A stretch of DNA of 64,000 nt. It comes from Octopus vulgaris. Lineage: Eukaryota. Location: the NCBI GenBank assembly GCA_951406725.2, contig OX597816.1, forward strand, positions 103,540,001-103,604,000, given 5' to 3'. The notes beneath the pieces are model-generated. The model searched no databases. It was not told the origin of the DNA and saw nothing but the letters and a program-made list of their open reading frames with translations. Of this stretch, positions 27,050 through 40,131 are shown in pieces (position 1 is the first letter of the stretch; each line of letters starts with the position of its first letter). The translations under genes were made by a program, and so were the position numbers.

Positions 27050-27380
27050 TCAAATGGAAACTGTAGTTGATATACCTGTGCCGGTGGCACGTAAAAAGCA
27101 CCATCCGAACGTGGCCGATGCCTGTGCCGGTTGCACATAAAAAGCACCAACCGATCGTGGCCGCTGCCAGCCTGCCCTGGCACCTGTGCCGGTGGCACGT
27201 AAAAAGCACTCACTACACTCATGGAGTGGTTGGCGTTAGGAAGGGTATCCAGCTGTAGAAACACTGCCAGATCAGACTGGAAGCTGGTGCAGCCTCCTGG
27301 CTTCCCAGACCCTGGTCGAACAGTCCACCCCGTGCTAGCACGGAAAACAGACGGTAAACGATGATGATGATGATGATGAT
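27050..27380 (+). mobile_element. SINE family C, young copy with three gtgccggtggcacgtaaaaagcac modules
   Basis: gagtggttggcgttaggaagggtatccagctgtagaaac...gtaaacgatgatgatg; near-identical to 36898-37263. Confidence 0.85.
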
Positions 27381-27391
27381 ATATATATATA

Positions 27392-27422
<31 letters not shown>

Positions 27423-27581
27423 GTATGTACACACACACATATATATAATCTATTCTACATGCATATATATGTTGTTTATATACAAAGAGTATATAAGTGT
27501 GTATATATATGTATATATATATGTATATCTATTTCTCTCTCTCTCTCTATATATATATATACATATACATACATTTATATG

Positions 27582-27612
<31 letters not shown>

Positions 27613-27614
27613 GA

Positions 27615-27664
<50 letters not shown>

Positions 27665-27683
27665 ATATGTATCTACCTATCTA

Positions 27684-27718
<35 letters not shown>

Positions 27719-27856
27719 ATCATCATTATCAGCATCATTTAATATCCATTCTCCTTGCTGGCATGGGTTGGAGACTTTGACCAGGGATGGTAAGCTGGAA
27801 GGCTGCACCAGACTCTATTCTGATTTGGCATGGTTTTCTACAGCTAGATGCTCTTC

Positions 27857-27891
<35 letters not shown>

Positions 27892-28008
27892 GGTCCCGGG
27901 TTGATTCGGGGTTAACCACAGTAAATAAGGTACTCAATACATAGCAGAGTAAAATTAATTCTCTGTCCTGTAGTCCTGTTCTAGTCCTGTAGAAGCTCCT
28001 TCTATATA

Positions 28009-28036
<28 letters not shown>

Positions 28037-28040
<4 letters not shown>

Positions 28041-28266
28041 GCTTTATTTAAAAGCAGCAGAAAATTCAACAAAACCTATTACTCTGAGTTTCACGTTCGG
28101 GAACGGGAAACTCAGAGTAACAGGACTGTCCGATGAACGGGAACTTGAATCTCAGAGTAACAGGTTTTCTTGAATTTTCTGCTGCTTTTAAATAAAGCAT
28201 ATTACTCTACCACTGGTATTTGAGTACTCTTTTTTCCACCTTGTTTCACATTTATGTGTTTACTCC

Positions 28267-28268
<2 letters not shown>
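28037..28268 (+). mobile_element. Penelope-like pLTR relic with 62-bp inverted repeat and decayed minimal hammerhead
   Basis: Arms 28037-28098 and 28141-28202 are reverse complements; ctgt-ccgatga-acgggaactt-gaat-c-tcaga-gta-acag at 28126-28163; flanked by (TA)n. Confidence 0.65.
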
Positions 28269-28309
<41 letters not shown>

Positions 28310-28427
28310 GCCAGTTGAAACATGATTACAATGGCAGTGCCCCAGCATGGCCAGAGCCTCATGGCTAAAACATACTAAGGAATAAAAGAATATATACATA
28401 TCTATCTATCTATATATATATATTATA

Positions 28428-28502
<75 letters not shown>

Positions 28503-28503
<1 letters not shown>

Positions 28504-28739
28504 TTTTATTCTTTTACTTGTTTCATTCATTTTGACTGCGGCCATGCTTGAGCACCACATTTTGTTGAGCAAATCGACCCCAGGACTTATTCTTTGTAAG
28601 CCTAGTACTTATCGTATCGGTCTCTTTTGCTGAATTGCTAAGTTACGGGGATGTAAACACGCCAGCATCGATTGTCAAGCGATGTTGTGGGGGACAAACA
28701 CAAACATATACACACACATACACACACACACGCATATAA

Positions 28740-28775
<36 letters not shown>

Positions 28776-28824
28776 CCCATGTGGTTGGTAAGCAAGCTAC
28801 TTACAACACAGCCACTCCTGCACC
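28503..28824 (-). mobile_element. SINE family A, internally deleted
   Basis: Head ggtgcaggagtggctgtgttgtaag and full 3' half; central part missing. Confidence 0.85.
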
Positions 28825-28829
28825 TATAG

Positions 28830-28911
28830 AAAAATATGGAATGCTTCATGAATTTGTGTGCCATCCTTGCGCAGGGCCATGCTAATCTTCTCTGTATTGT
28901 TCCACTGTTAG
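28830..28911 (-). pseudogene. U6: U6 snRNA-derived copy lacking the U6 5' stem-loop
   Basis: Minus strand CTAACAGTGGAACAATACAGAGAAGATTAGCATGGCCCTGCGCAAGGATGGCACACAAATTCATGAAGCATTCCATATTTTT contains the ACAGAGA box and the U6 3' region; several CpG-decay substitutions. Confidence 0.9.
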
Positions 28912-29032
28912 AACATTTACCGCCATATGCCTCTATATGTTTATATATACATATATTTATATATATATGTGCATATATATATATATATATATATATACAT
29001 TTATATATACACACATATATATATCTATACGA

Positions 29033-29104
<72 letters not shown>

Positions 29105-29568
29105 GTATATGATATAAACAAATAGAGATTTGACCCATCTGTATGGGTAACACTGTGAATAAAGCTTCATATGAACATCAACCTTTATATGTATGTGTAT
29201 TTCAAGTGATTTAATATAAATCAACTAAATACGCATAACTGCTACATAAAATGATGCTAAGACACTTATCCAGCAGAACGCATGTCAGAATGGGTTCCAG
29301 TGTAAAAAGTACTTAGATAAATTTTGAAGCTGTAGAATTCTCCATTTGTCCTTCTGATATCTTGATTTTATACATACACGTATATACAGACAACACACAC
29401 ATGCACACATACACACACACAGACATGCACACACACATATCTATTTATGTTCAAAATTGAAGTGGGGATTAGGTGAGGATTAATAGAAATGATAATTATA
29501 AAGGGAACACCACTCATCAGCCGTAGAAATCAAAATCAGTATAGTTTCAGTGAGCTGATAGACAGTGA

Positions 29569-29617
<49 letters not shown>

Positions 29618-29657
29618 CTCATGCATATATGTAATATATATATGTGTGTGTGTGTGT

Positions 29658-29688
<31 letters not shown>

Positions 29689-30044
29689 AACATATATATG
29701 CATGTATATTCTTATATTGTCCCTCCCATGCCAGCATGGAAAGCGTATGTTAAATGATGATGATATGTATGTGTGTAAGTGTATATATACAAGTGTACAT
29801 GTATCTGTGTGTATGTATGTGTTTGTGTGTCTTTGTGTTTGTTCCTCACCACTATGTGACAGTCAGTGTTGGTGTGTTTACATCCCCATAACTTAGTGGT
29901 TTGGTCAAAGAGATCAAGAGAATAAGTATTAGGCTTTAAAAAAGTATATAACCATTCTTCAAGGTGGTACCCCAGCATGTTTGCAGTCTAATCATTGAAA
30001 CACATAAAACAATATATATATATATATTCATTTGTTTCATAATG

Positions 30045-30128
30045 TCTACCTCTGATGAGTGCAGGGTTACATAATTGGAATGTTACCTAACAATCTGTTG
30101 AACCCCATGTGCGAAACCAAGTGTAAGA
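30045..30128 (+). ncRNA. Decayed hammerhead ribozyme motif in a short insert within (TA)n
   Basis: CTGATGA 30052-30058; stem II gtgca-gggtt/aaccc-ca-tgtgc; GAAA 30113-30116; C-caagt-GTA; stem I only about 2 bp. Confidence 0.5.
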
Positions 30129-30179
30129 TCTGCTGTAATGGCTATATAATGCTATACACCTTGATTAATATGTAATACA

Positions 30180-30220
<41 letters not shown>

Positions 30221-30743
30221 TTATGATACATTTCTGTGTGTGTGAAAATATGTATAAAACACTCCAGCTAGTCAGCTTTCATAAGATAGTATGGTTTCAT
30301 AATATTTTCTCTGCTTTCTCAAACTTTTATGTGTCTTGTGTAGTTCTGATCAGTCTTTGACATCTTGATATACTCTATTCTTGACCCAAGAGCGTATTAA
30401 ATATAACAGCTAGAAGAAGTGAGTGCTGCACTCTTCTGACTGATACTCATTACAGTTGAGCTGGAAAGAGGAATGTAACCTATAGTGCCTTCCTTCAGGA
30501 CATATCACACTACACTGTCTAGGAACTGAACCCATCAGCTTATGACCATGAGCTGAACTCCATATCCACTTTGCCATCTGATTTTACAGATGTGTATGTA
30601 TTTATATATATATATGTATATATCTTTATAAAAATGTTTGTATAAATTTATATGAATATATAGATCTATATTCATATACATATGTATATTATATATGATA
30701 TGTATATGTGTGTGTGTGTGTGTATATATATTTGTACTTACAC

Positions 30744-30783
<40 letters not shown>

Positions 30784-30807
30784 ATATATATGTATGTATG
30801 TATTTGA

Positions 30808-30855
<48 letters not shown>

Positions 30856-30928
30856 ATATTATTATGTGTATATATATACACACAGAGACACAGACACATA
30901 TATACATCTATACACAAATACACTTACG

Positions 30929-30979
<51 letters not shown>

Positions 30980-31334
30980 GTATATATGGAATTTGTTAAG
31001 GCAGATTTTCTACAGGTGTCTTCCTGTTGCCAATCCTCTCCTATTTCCGAGCAAGGTTGTATTTTCTTATAGTTTGACATGTGTTTTTATGGAAAACCGA
31101 AAACGAACAACCTTGCTTGTATAAAATTGATGCTCACAACCATCAGGTAATGTCTTGAGAAGGATACATGCTAAGACACATATGCATGCACATGCAAGCA
31201 CGCATATGCATGCGTGTGTTTCATTGTCATTAATCATCACCATCATCTTCAACGTCATTTAATGTTGCTTACCATACTCCCATGTGAGGACACATTATAT
31301 TTATATATATGTATAAGCTTGTGTATACATGTAT

Positions 31335-31983
31335 ATTTGTGTCTATGTTTGTCCCGCTCACCACTGCTTCACAACCAGTGTTGGTATGTTTACATCCCAG
31401 TAACTTAGTGGTTTAGCAAAAGAGATTGATAGAATAAGTACAAGGCTTTAAAAGAAAATAAGTACTGGAATCGATTAGTTTGACCACAAATTCCTTGAAG
31501 TGGCACCCCAGTCTGATGACCACAGTCTAATGACTGGAAGAAATAAAAGATAAAGGATATATATGCATAGGAGCAAGCATGACTGTATGGATGAAGCTTG
31601 CTTCCCAGCCATATGGTTCTGTGTGGCACCTTGCGCAAGTGTCTTCTTCTATAGCCTTGGGTTGACCAAAGCCTTGTGATGGTAGATGGAAACTGAAAAA
31701 AGCCCATTGTGTGTGTGTGTATATATACATGTGTGTGCACGTGTGTGTGTGTGTATCTATGTGTGTGTGTCTTTGTGTCTGTGTTTATCCTCCCATTACT
31801 GCTGATAACAGGTGTTGGTGTATTTATGTTCCCATAACATAGTGGTTTGGCAAAAGAGACCAATATAATTTGTACCAGGCTTAAAAAAAAAGTCCTGGAG
31901 TCGGTGTGTTTCACTTAAACCTTTTGAGGTGATGCTCTAGCATGGGTGCAGTCGAATGACAAACAAATAAAAGAGTAAAAGAG
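31335..31983 (+). mobile_element. Two adjacent SINE family A copies (3' half plus near full length)
   Basis: gtggcaccttgcgcaagtgtcttc and repeated gatagaataagtac-type 3' halves. Confidence 0.8.
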
Positions 31984-32509
31984 TATAATATATATAATAA
32001 TATAAATGAGTTAAGTATGTGACATGCTTTTGAATAACAAGAACAAATAAGGTTATATTAAATATACAAGATAAATTCTTGATTTTTAAAAAAATTATTT
32101 CCATTTTTAGAGCTAGTTGAATTATTGCTTAATGGTATTTGGGATCAACCTCAGATGAAAAGGGGAAATAATTTTGAAATTCATAAGTTCTCCACACCTG
32201 ATATCATTAAAGAGAAGATAATCTACTCATTTGGAGATGAAGTGGACCTGTGAGTATCTGTTTGGAGGAGGAGGAAGTGAAGGAAAGGAAATAGGAATAG
32301 GTCAGGGAGGAGGAGGAGGAGGTGATAAAGGACAATAGTAGGGATACATTGTGAAGTGTAGGGGGATAAGTGTTATCATTTACAACCTCTGAGTATGTAG
32401 CACTGCAGAAGATTGATTGAGGAATAGGTGTTTGTTGTGAGTGGGAGGCTTGATATGGTCTTATTTTTGCAGAGGTTTATGGATATTATGAAGCACAACA
32501 TATCACCAT

Positions 32510-33000
32510 TCATCTCTATCTCTTGCCGTCTCCTTCAAGAGCCTCAACACTTTAAGGTCAGTCTTCACTACATCATCTCATGTCTTTCTGGGTCTCCTTC
32601 TTCCACTGGCTCTGTCCCTGTTTGGCAATCTCTACTTCTTTATATAGCTGTCCTTATCCATCCACATCACACAACAATACCAGCACAGTCTTCTCTCTTG
32701 TACACCACATCTGATGCCTCTTATGTCCAGTTTTTCTCTCAATCCATTTGTACTTTGCACATCTAGCAAAGTATTTCTTTGTTTTCTTTGCATGACCGCT
32801 GCATTTACAGCCCAAGTTTCACAACCATTTGCACTGCTGTTTGTACAAACATATTGTACAATCTACCTTTCACTATGAAAGAGACCTCTTGTTACCAACA
32901 GAGATAATAGTTCTCTGAACATTCTCCAGCCAGTTCTTATTCTAGCTACTGTACTTTTAGCACATACCCTAGCACTGCTAATCATATCTCCTGAGTAACA
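32510..33000 (-). mobile_element. RTE LINE 3' fragment, degenerate
   Basis: Homologous to 1990-2490. Confidence 0.75.
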
Positions 33001-35435
33001 TATGTGCATATTTGTATATGTGTATATATATATGCATGTTTACATGTATATGTATGTCTTCGCCACCCACATTTTACATCGGTTACACTCCTGAGCCCCC
33101 AAATTATTTTTCCTCCACCACCGTACATCTCTTCCTCTTTCTCCTCCCCTCACCTTCTCACATTCTCTTTCATTCTTCCCCTGTCTATTGCAACAGAATC
33201 ATTAGCATGTTGTGCAAAATGCATTTTGTTCATCGTTATGTTCTGAGTTCAAATCCCGCCGAAGTCAACTTTGCTTTTCAGCTTTTGGGGTCAATAAAAT
33301 AAGTACCAGTTGAACTCTGGGGTCAAGGTAACTAACTTATCTCCTCCCCCGAAATTGCTGGCCTGTGACAAAATTTGAAACCATTATTACTTATTATTAA
33401 GGTAGCAAGCTCTCTAACTATTTCTCACTCTCACCATATACACTCTTGTAATCTCCATTCACCCTCACTTCTGTTTTCCTGTTCCTGCTCACTTCTACTC
33501 ACCTGATATCTTGATGTTACCAACTGACAGCTCATCACTTTTTCTCTCTTTCCATCTCCAATCTGGCCACTTCCTCTCCCTCTCCTCCATAATTTAAGTA
33601 GCTGTGTAGCTCCTCTATAGCAAGAAACCTGTTCTCTTCTGACCCTTAACTTCTCATCTCATAGCACAAAGTAGCCTCCCTCTTGGCATGTAGCTTAGTG
33701 GTGTTAAGGTATTGAACTCATGATTATAAGATTATGGTTTTGATTCCTGGACCAGGTGACACGTGTTCTTGAGCAAGACACTTCATTTGACATTGCTCCA
33801 GTCAGCTCAGCTGGCACAATTGAGTAATCCTGTGATGGACCAGCATTCCCTCCAGGTGCAGAATACATATGCCACGAAACCAGGAAACCGGCACTTATGA
33901 GTCACCATGGCTCGAGAACGTAACTTTACCTTTATCTCTCTCTCTATTGCAACCCCCACTCAGTCAGTCAAGGAGGCTGCATAGCAACCTCACTAGTGCT
34001 GGTGACATGGAAGAAAGCGTCCAGTACATACTGTGAAATGGTTGAGGGTAGGAAAGTCACCCAAATATAGAAATCATGCCAAAGTTGACATTGGAACATG
34101 ATGTAGTGTTTGAACTTGTTGCATCCTGTCAAACTATCCAATACCTGCCAGTTTGGAACATAGTTGTTAAATGATGATGATGATGATGAGTAAATGATGA
34201 TACACGTCTAGGTATATATTTATATGTATATTTGTTATGTGTATATTTATATATATATTTGTTAATGTATGTATGTATATTTTTCGAAGGTGCATGTGAA
34301 GGTACATGGCTCTGTGGCTAGAGCATTTGGGATCACAATTGTGAGGTAATGTGTTCAATTCCCAGACTGTGCTGTATGTTGTGTTCTTGAGCAAGACACT
34401 TAGTTTTATGTTGCTCCAGTTTCCTCAGCTGCAGAGATGAGTTGCAGTGACACTGATGTTAAGCTGTATTAGCTTTGCCTTTCCCTTGGGTAACATCGGT
34501 AGCATGTAGAGGGTAGGCTGGTATGCATAGGCAATGACTGGTCTTTCATATACAATCTTGCCCAGACTTCATTTCATGCTGCTCCAGTTCAGCCAGCTGG
34601 TAAAAATGAGCATTCCTGCAATGGACCAGCATCTTATCCAGTGGGTGGAATATATAAGCTACAAAAGCTGGGAAACCAGCTTTATGTTCCTCTGGTTTGA
34701 GAAGGATCTTTCATCCTTTTCATATATATATATATATATATATATGAATATATATAACAGATTTGGCATTATTTTTATGGCTGGATGCCCTTCTTAATGC
34801 CAACTGCTTTACTGAGTGTGCTGGATGCTTTTTACTGGACACCAGCACCACCATGGTCCCCAAGTAACTTGCAAGACAGAGACCCTTCAACTGAGAAGGG
34901 GAGTGGTATTGAGAGAGGTAGCTTTGTGCCCACGTGATGGGAAGTTAAACTATGATAAAGTGACAGAAACAAGTGCTTTGTTGTAGAGAGGATAAATGGC
35001 TATCTCAGTTGGAGAGAAAAAGAGACAGAGGGAGAAATAAGATGGTATTGAAGATATGCCAGGGTGTACCCTCATCATACAAAGAGGTGAATCTAAGTGG
35101 AATCGTACAGAAGACTGAGCAGGGTGAATGAGCAGAGAGTTAATGAATGTATGAAAGGTGAGTGGGGAAGAGAGGAGGAGAAGGGATATGCAGTGAGTGG
35201 TGAACACAAGTATTTATATAGAGAGAGACATTCATATTCACATATATATATAGAGACATATCATTATGTATATATTTATATACATATATACTTATATATA
35301 TATACTGAGACATTACAACGTAGCATAGAATGTCTTGCTGAATTTATTCTGCCAACAGATGTTTGGAGGTCAACTCCAATTTGAACTTTTTCCCTTCTGG
35401 GATCAATAAAAATGTATTAATATAGGAACCACAAA

Positions 35436-35662
35436 AAGGCAGTGAGCTGGCAGAAACGTTAGAACACCGGGCAAAATGCTTAGTGGTATTTCATCTGTCT
35501 TTATGTTCTAAGTTCAAATTCTGCTGAGGTTGATTTTGCCCTTCATCCTTTGTGTATGTGTGGGGTGTGTCAATAAATTAAGTACCAGTTGCATACTGGG
35601 TTCGATCTAATCCACTGGCCCCCTCCCCAAAAATTTTGGGCCTTGTGCCTAGAGCAGAAAAG
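35436..35662 (+). mobile_element. SINE family B with 17-bp target-site duplication
   Basis: Flanked by aatataggaa(c/t)cacaaa at 35419-35435 and 35663-35679. Confidence 0.9.
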
Positions 35663-35907
35663 AATATAGGAATCACAAAGACAATGATCAAACCAGATAT
35701 TTTCCAGTATATGTTCAAGCTTTTATCATTCATGATTCAAATTCCACCAAGTCCAGCTTGGTTTAATACCAGCACTAGGGATCTAGGATGCCCTTAGCAG
35801 AATGCACTCTATTGCAAACATTTAAGCTATGTCTCCAATTTGCGGATATCTACCAGCCTCAAAGACTCTGTGAAAGGTCAAAGGCACTGAATGAATAATA
35901 ATAATAA

Positions 35908-36125
35908 GATGGCGATGAGCTGGCAGAAACGTTAGCATGCTGGGCGAAATGCTTAGCAGTATTTTGTCTGTTTTTACGTTCTGAGTTCAAATTCCTCCGA
36001 GGTCGACTTTGGCTTTCATCCTTTCAGGATCGATAAATTAAGTACCAGTTGCGTGCGCTGGGATCGATCTAATTGACTGGCCCTCTCCCCCAAAATTTCA
36101 GATCTTGTGCCTAGAGTAGAAAAGA
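35908..36125 (+). mobile_element. SINE family B, full length
   Basis: ggcgatgagctggcagaaacgttagc...gaggtcgactttggctttcatcctttcaggatcgataaattaagtaccag...gtgcctagagtagaaaag; aataataataaga on both sides. Confidence 0.9.
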
Positions 36126-36663
36126 ATAATAATAAGAACAACAACAATCCAGTGTTCCACTACCTTCAGTAATGCATTGTGTGACCACTATTCCAGTTGA
36201 GCACTATGCTCATGCATTGTGACTCATCTGTCTGCATGAACAAATTAATCCATTTGCTGGTGGTTTGTGTCAGTAGGCACTGTTGATGGTTCTTCCACTG
36301 CATGGTTTGTTTTCAATACTAATTTATCCTTTAAATATTGTCCATCTGTTCACAGTGTTCTTGTCAATAGTATCATTTCTGTAAACAACGTGTAGCCTTC
36401 TGTCAATGTCAGACTATGCACCCATCATTCATCAAGAACTCATTGCTTCTTCTTGGACCTCATTATTTTCCTGCAATGTGAATTGAACAAGAAGAAGAAT
36501 TATTGTAGAAGGGTTACTCAACCAACATGTCAAATAGACATCCTTTGTCTATTAATGGAAATGATATACATATAATGTATTAAATATATAAAATATACAT
36601 CTATACATGCATATACATATAATACCTCTAATATGCTATATATAACACACACATACACATACA

Positions 36664-36887
36664 TACAACAGGGTGCTGAAAAATTCTTGGCTTTAAGGGT
36701 ATCAGGAAAGGCCTGGCTGGAGGCTCAGCCTCCCGATTTCTTTTACTGGGCTTAGAAAAACTGAAGGATTGCTGCAATATGTATGCGAATCTGAGAGGGG
36801 AATATGTTGAATAAAATCATCATTAACTGATCTTCCTGTGTTTTCTTTTACCCAAAAGCTAGGAACATTTCAGCACCCACTTATGTA
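36664..36887 (+). mobile_element. Non-autonomous mariner element (MITE)
   Basis: About 24-bp TIRs gggtgctgaaaaattcttggcttt / aaagctaggaacatttcagcaccc; interior retains a mariner C-terminus (WLEAQPPDFF...LRGEYVE*). Confidence 0.8.
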
Positions 36888-36897
36888 TGTGTGTGTG

Positions 36898-37263
36898 TGG
36901 AAATTGCAGATGTGTTACCAGTGCCGGTGGCATGTAAGAGAACCTTCCGTTTCGCGACCGTTGCCAGCACCGCCCCGTTTTGTGTCCGTTGCCAGCCTCG
37001 CCTGGCCCTTGTGCCGGTGGCACATAAAAAGCACCATCCGTCCGTGGCCGTTTGCCAGCTCTGTCTGGCACCTGTGCGGGTGGCACGTAAAAAGCACCCA
37101 CTACACTCACGGAGTGGTTGGCGTTAGGAAGGGCATCCAGCCGTAGAAACACTGCCAGATTTGACTGGGCCTGATGAAGCCTTCTGGCTTCAGACCCCAG
37201 TAGAACCGTCCAACCCATGCTAGCATGGAAAACGGACGCTAAACGACGACGATGATGATGATG
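36898..37263 (+). mobile_element. SINE family C, young copy
   Basis: Repeated gtgccggtggcac modules, ggaagggcatccagccgtagaaac, ccaacccatgctagcatggaaaacggacgctaaacgacgacgatgatg tail. Confidence 0.85.
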
Positions 37264-40066
37264 AGACAACAAATTCTCAATATAAAATAGTGTACTTTTA
37301 AACACAAAAGAAAACTACCTTTAATAGGTCATTTTTACATGCTATATATATATATATATGTGTGTGTGTGAATGTGCATGTTGATTAGAAATGTGTGTTG
37401 AACATATTTATAAATTCCAGGTGTTATTCTAAACAAACCATTTATAAATGCATTTTCACTACATTACCTAATATTGATATGTGAATCACTAACACTTCTT
37501 ATCTTGTTGTTATCACTCTCTGTTGAAAAGCCATGCTTAATTACATTTGTGTGTTTCTTTGTCAAATGTATTTGTGTATATATGTCAATGGAACACTATT
37601 GATATTCAATGGAAACATTTTAGTCCCAGGACATTTCTTTGTGTATATGTTTGTACTTATTTATATACTGAAGAGCTTATATTATCACAATGACAATATT
37701 ATCATAAGTAATGTGATACCTGGATTTTAACTCAAAGTTATTTATTTTAGTTGGCTTAATTTAATAGTAACATTGTGTAAATTTTGTCTTTGATTTATAA
37801 GTAAGAGTGCTTGTTTTCAGATTTTTTGTTTTGAGTTCAAGTTATAAAGATTTTTCAGGTTTGTTTCTTAATCTCCTATCTTTATGAACCTGATAAAAAC
37901 TTTGCAGATTAGCATATCTTAACATTTCTTTAGGAACTTCCATTTACATGTTGCTTGGTGCAGCAAGAACCCATTGAATAATGTATTCCAGGATACACTA
38001 AATTTAAATAAAGATCTGGGACAGTTATGACTGGAAGACTTTTGATCTTAGTTCTACTTAGTCAGGGTTGATTTGGGGACAAGCATCAATGATGCAATTT
38101 CCACTTACAGTTGGATATCCTTACTGAAAAATATAATAGCAATGCATGGATGAAAGCCAATGCTTAGCAAGCTTCAGACTGCTTACTGTTAGTCATCAAA
38201 TTGCTCTTTAGTTTGACTAAAGCACTGATTTGGGGTATTTCTTGGTAGTTTCACTAAAACTGAAGAATGTTTTGTACATTTTTAAATCCAGAAATTATCT
38301 TCTGACAAAGTCCCTCATGACTTGCACAGAAAGACAGCACGGTATTTTTGATATGATTTAGACTTAAAGCTTATAAAACTGTCAGGACAGTGATTTATCA
38401 ATTTGGGCATTGCTGTTCTCCATTACTTGAGTCATGTTTAACACAGCCTTATATATTTTTTGCTTCAATCCACTAAAATTTGTCCTTGGTCTTCTGTTAG
38501 AAATCCACCTGAAACCACTCTTTTTAAAGATTTTAAATTAAAACCTCAACCGAATTGCTGTTTAACTATCCTTATATATTTTGTAAAGAATTTTTGTTGT
38601 TTTGATTTATGAATAAAGAATAATGTTATTTTTAAAAAGCCCACCATATTCTTGAATATTTTACAAACTAACTGGAATGCAGAGCCAATGCATTCTTGTT
38701 CAAAATATGATCTACAGGGGTTAATTTAAAAAAGTTAATAAACCTAAGAGATCATGATCCAAACATATGCACTGATATGCGATCCTGTTTGGAAATTGCC
38801 AAGTTCATATCTTTTATCTTGTTTCAATCATTAGACTGCAGCCATGTTTAGAAAAACTTCATTTCCTTCAAATCAGGAACTGAAGATAATATTTATCTTC
38901 TGTTCCTTGTTTATTTTCATCAAAGCTTTTTAAGATTAACAATTTTTTTAATGATTATTTATTTGACCTTATAATAGTCAAATTCTTCATAATCTCTGTT
39001 GTTGCATACTCAACAGAATTTGTGCAAAAGCCAATAATTCACTGATAGTATCACTGACTAGAGATCCATGTTTCCAAGCTGATGACCTAATATTGGTCAA
39101 TAAAAAAATTTCAACCTTCTATGTTTGATAAAATAAGTAGAAGTTGGATTAAGTATTGAATATTATAGCAGTGGATTCCTTTATTTAATGACATTATCAA
39201 CAAAATATGCTATAGTGTATTGAAAAGGGAAGTTTATTTTTCTTTATCAAACGCTGATTATTGATTTCATTTTCATGTGATGAGGAAAGTGTCCATTGAG
39301 TTTGTGAAACCTCTCCTGCTGAAGGAAAAGGTTAGGTAGAGTCAACTGAATAAGGTTAATGGTGATAATGTTCAACTTTGAGTGCTTAAATGTTGAGAGA
39401 TTTTGTAAAGTCATACACAGAAAAGGAGTTTCAAATGTACTTAGTTTTGAAAGTAAATAATTTAACAAAATATGTAGTAAAAAAATCTGGATTAATAGTT
39501 CTGAAAGATGCATCACAATAAACTTCTGCATCATCAGGTGTTAAAAATATAACTTAAGATTTTAGAAAATTCACACTAATAGTTGAGTATCTTGAAAAAT
39601 ATATTATTCATAATTTTGTTATACATGTGTATGATTAATAAAAAAAAATGTGAAGTAATAGTTTTGTATATTTTTGTGAATGTTTAAATATCAAGTGTTC
39701 AGAAGGGCATCTTACCTTAAGAATCATGCCAAAGAAGACAGTAGTGCTTGGCTCAGTCCACTGGCTATCCAGCTCCTGTCAAACCATCCATGTCATGTCC
39801 ACATTGAAGGTGGATGCTAAATGATGAGGATGATGATGATGATAGCAAATTTTTGAAATAATTTTCATGTGAAGTGGGCCAGTAAGCTTTTGCTTGACCA
39901 CCAGTGAGCCACTAAATCAGAAATACTGAGAGTCACTAGTCTATGTTAAAAGGATAGTGGACACACTTGAAGTGACAAGAATAGAAAAGTCTGTCTAAAG
40001 TAGTGGTGGTCATATAAAATTAGTTGAAAGTTCAGGAGATCAGAGATCATTATAGTTGCAGTCAGG

Positions 40067-40131
<65 letters not shown>

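Noticed and set aside
29461-29523. Minus-strand cgg-CTGATGA-gtgg...ccac
   Set aside because: No GAAA or cleavage triplet follows; at best a truncated half.
38250-39530. Possible decayed DNA-transposon coding sequence
   Set aside because: No diagnostic motif or TIR could be identified by eye.
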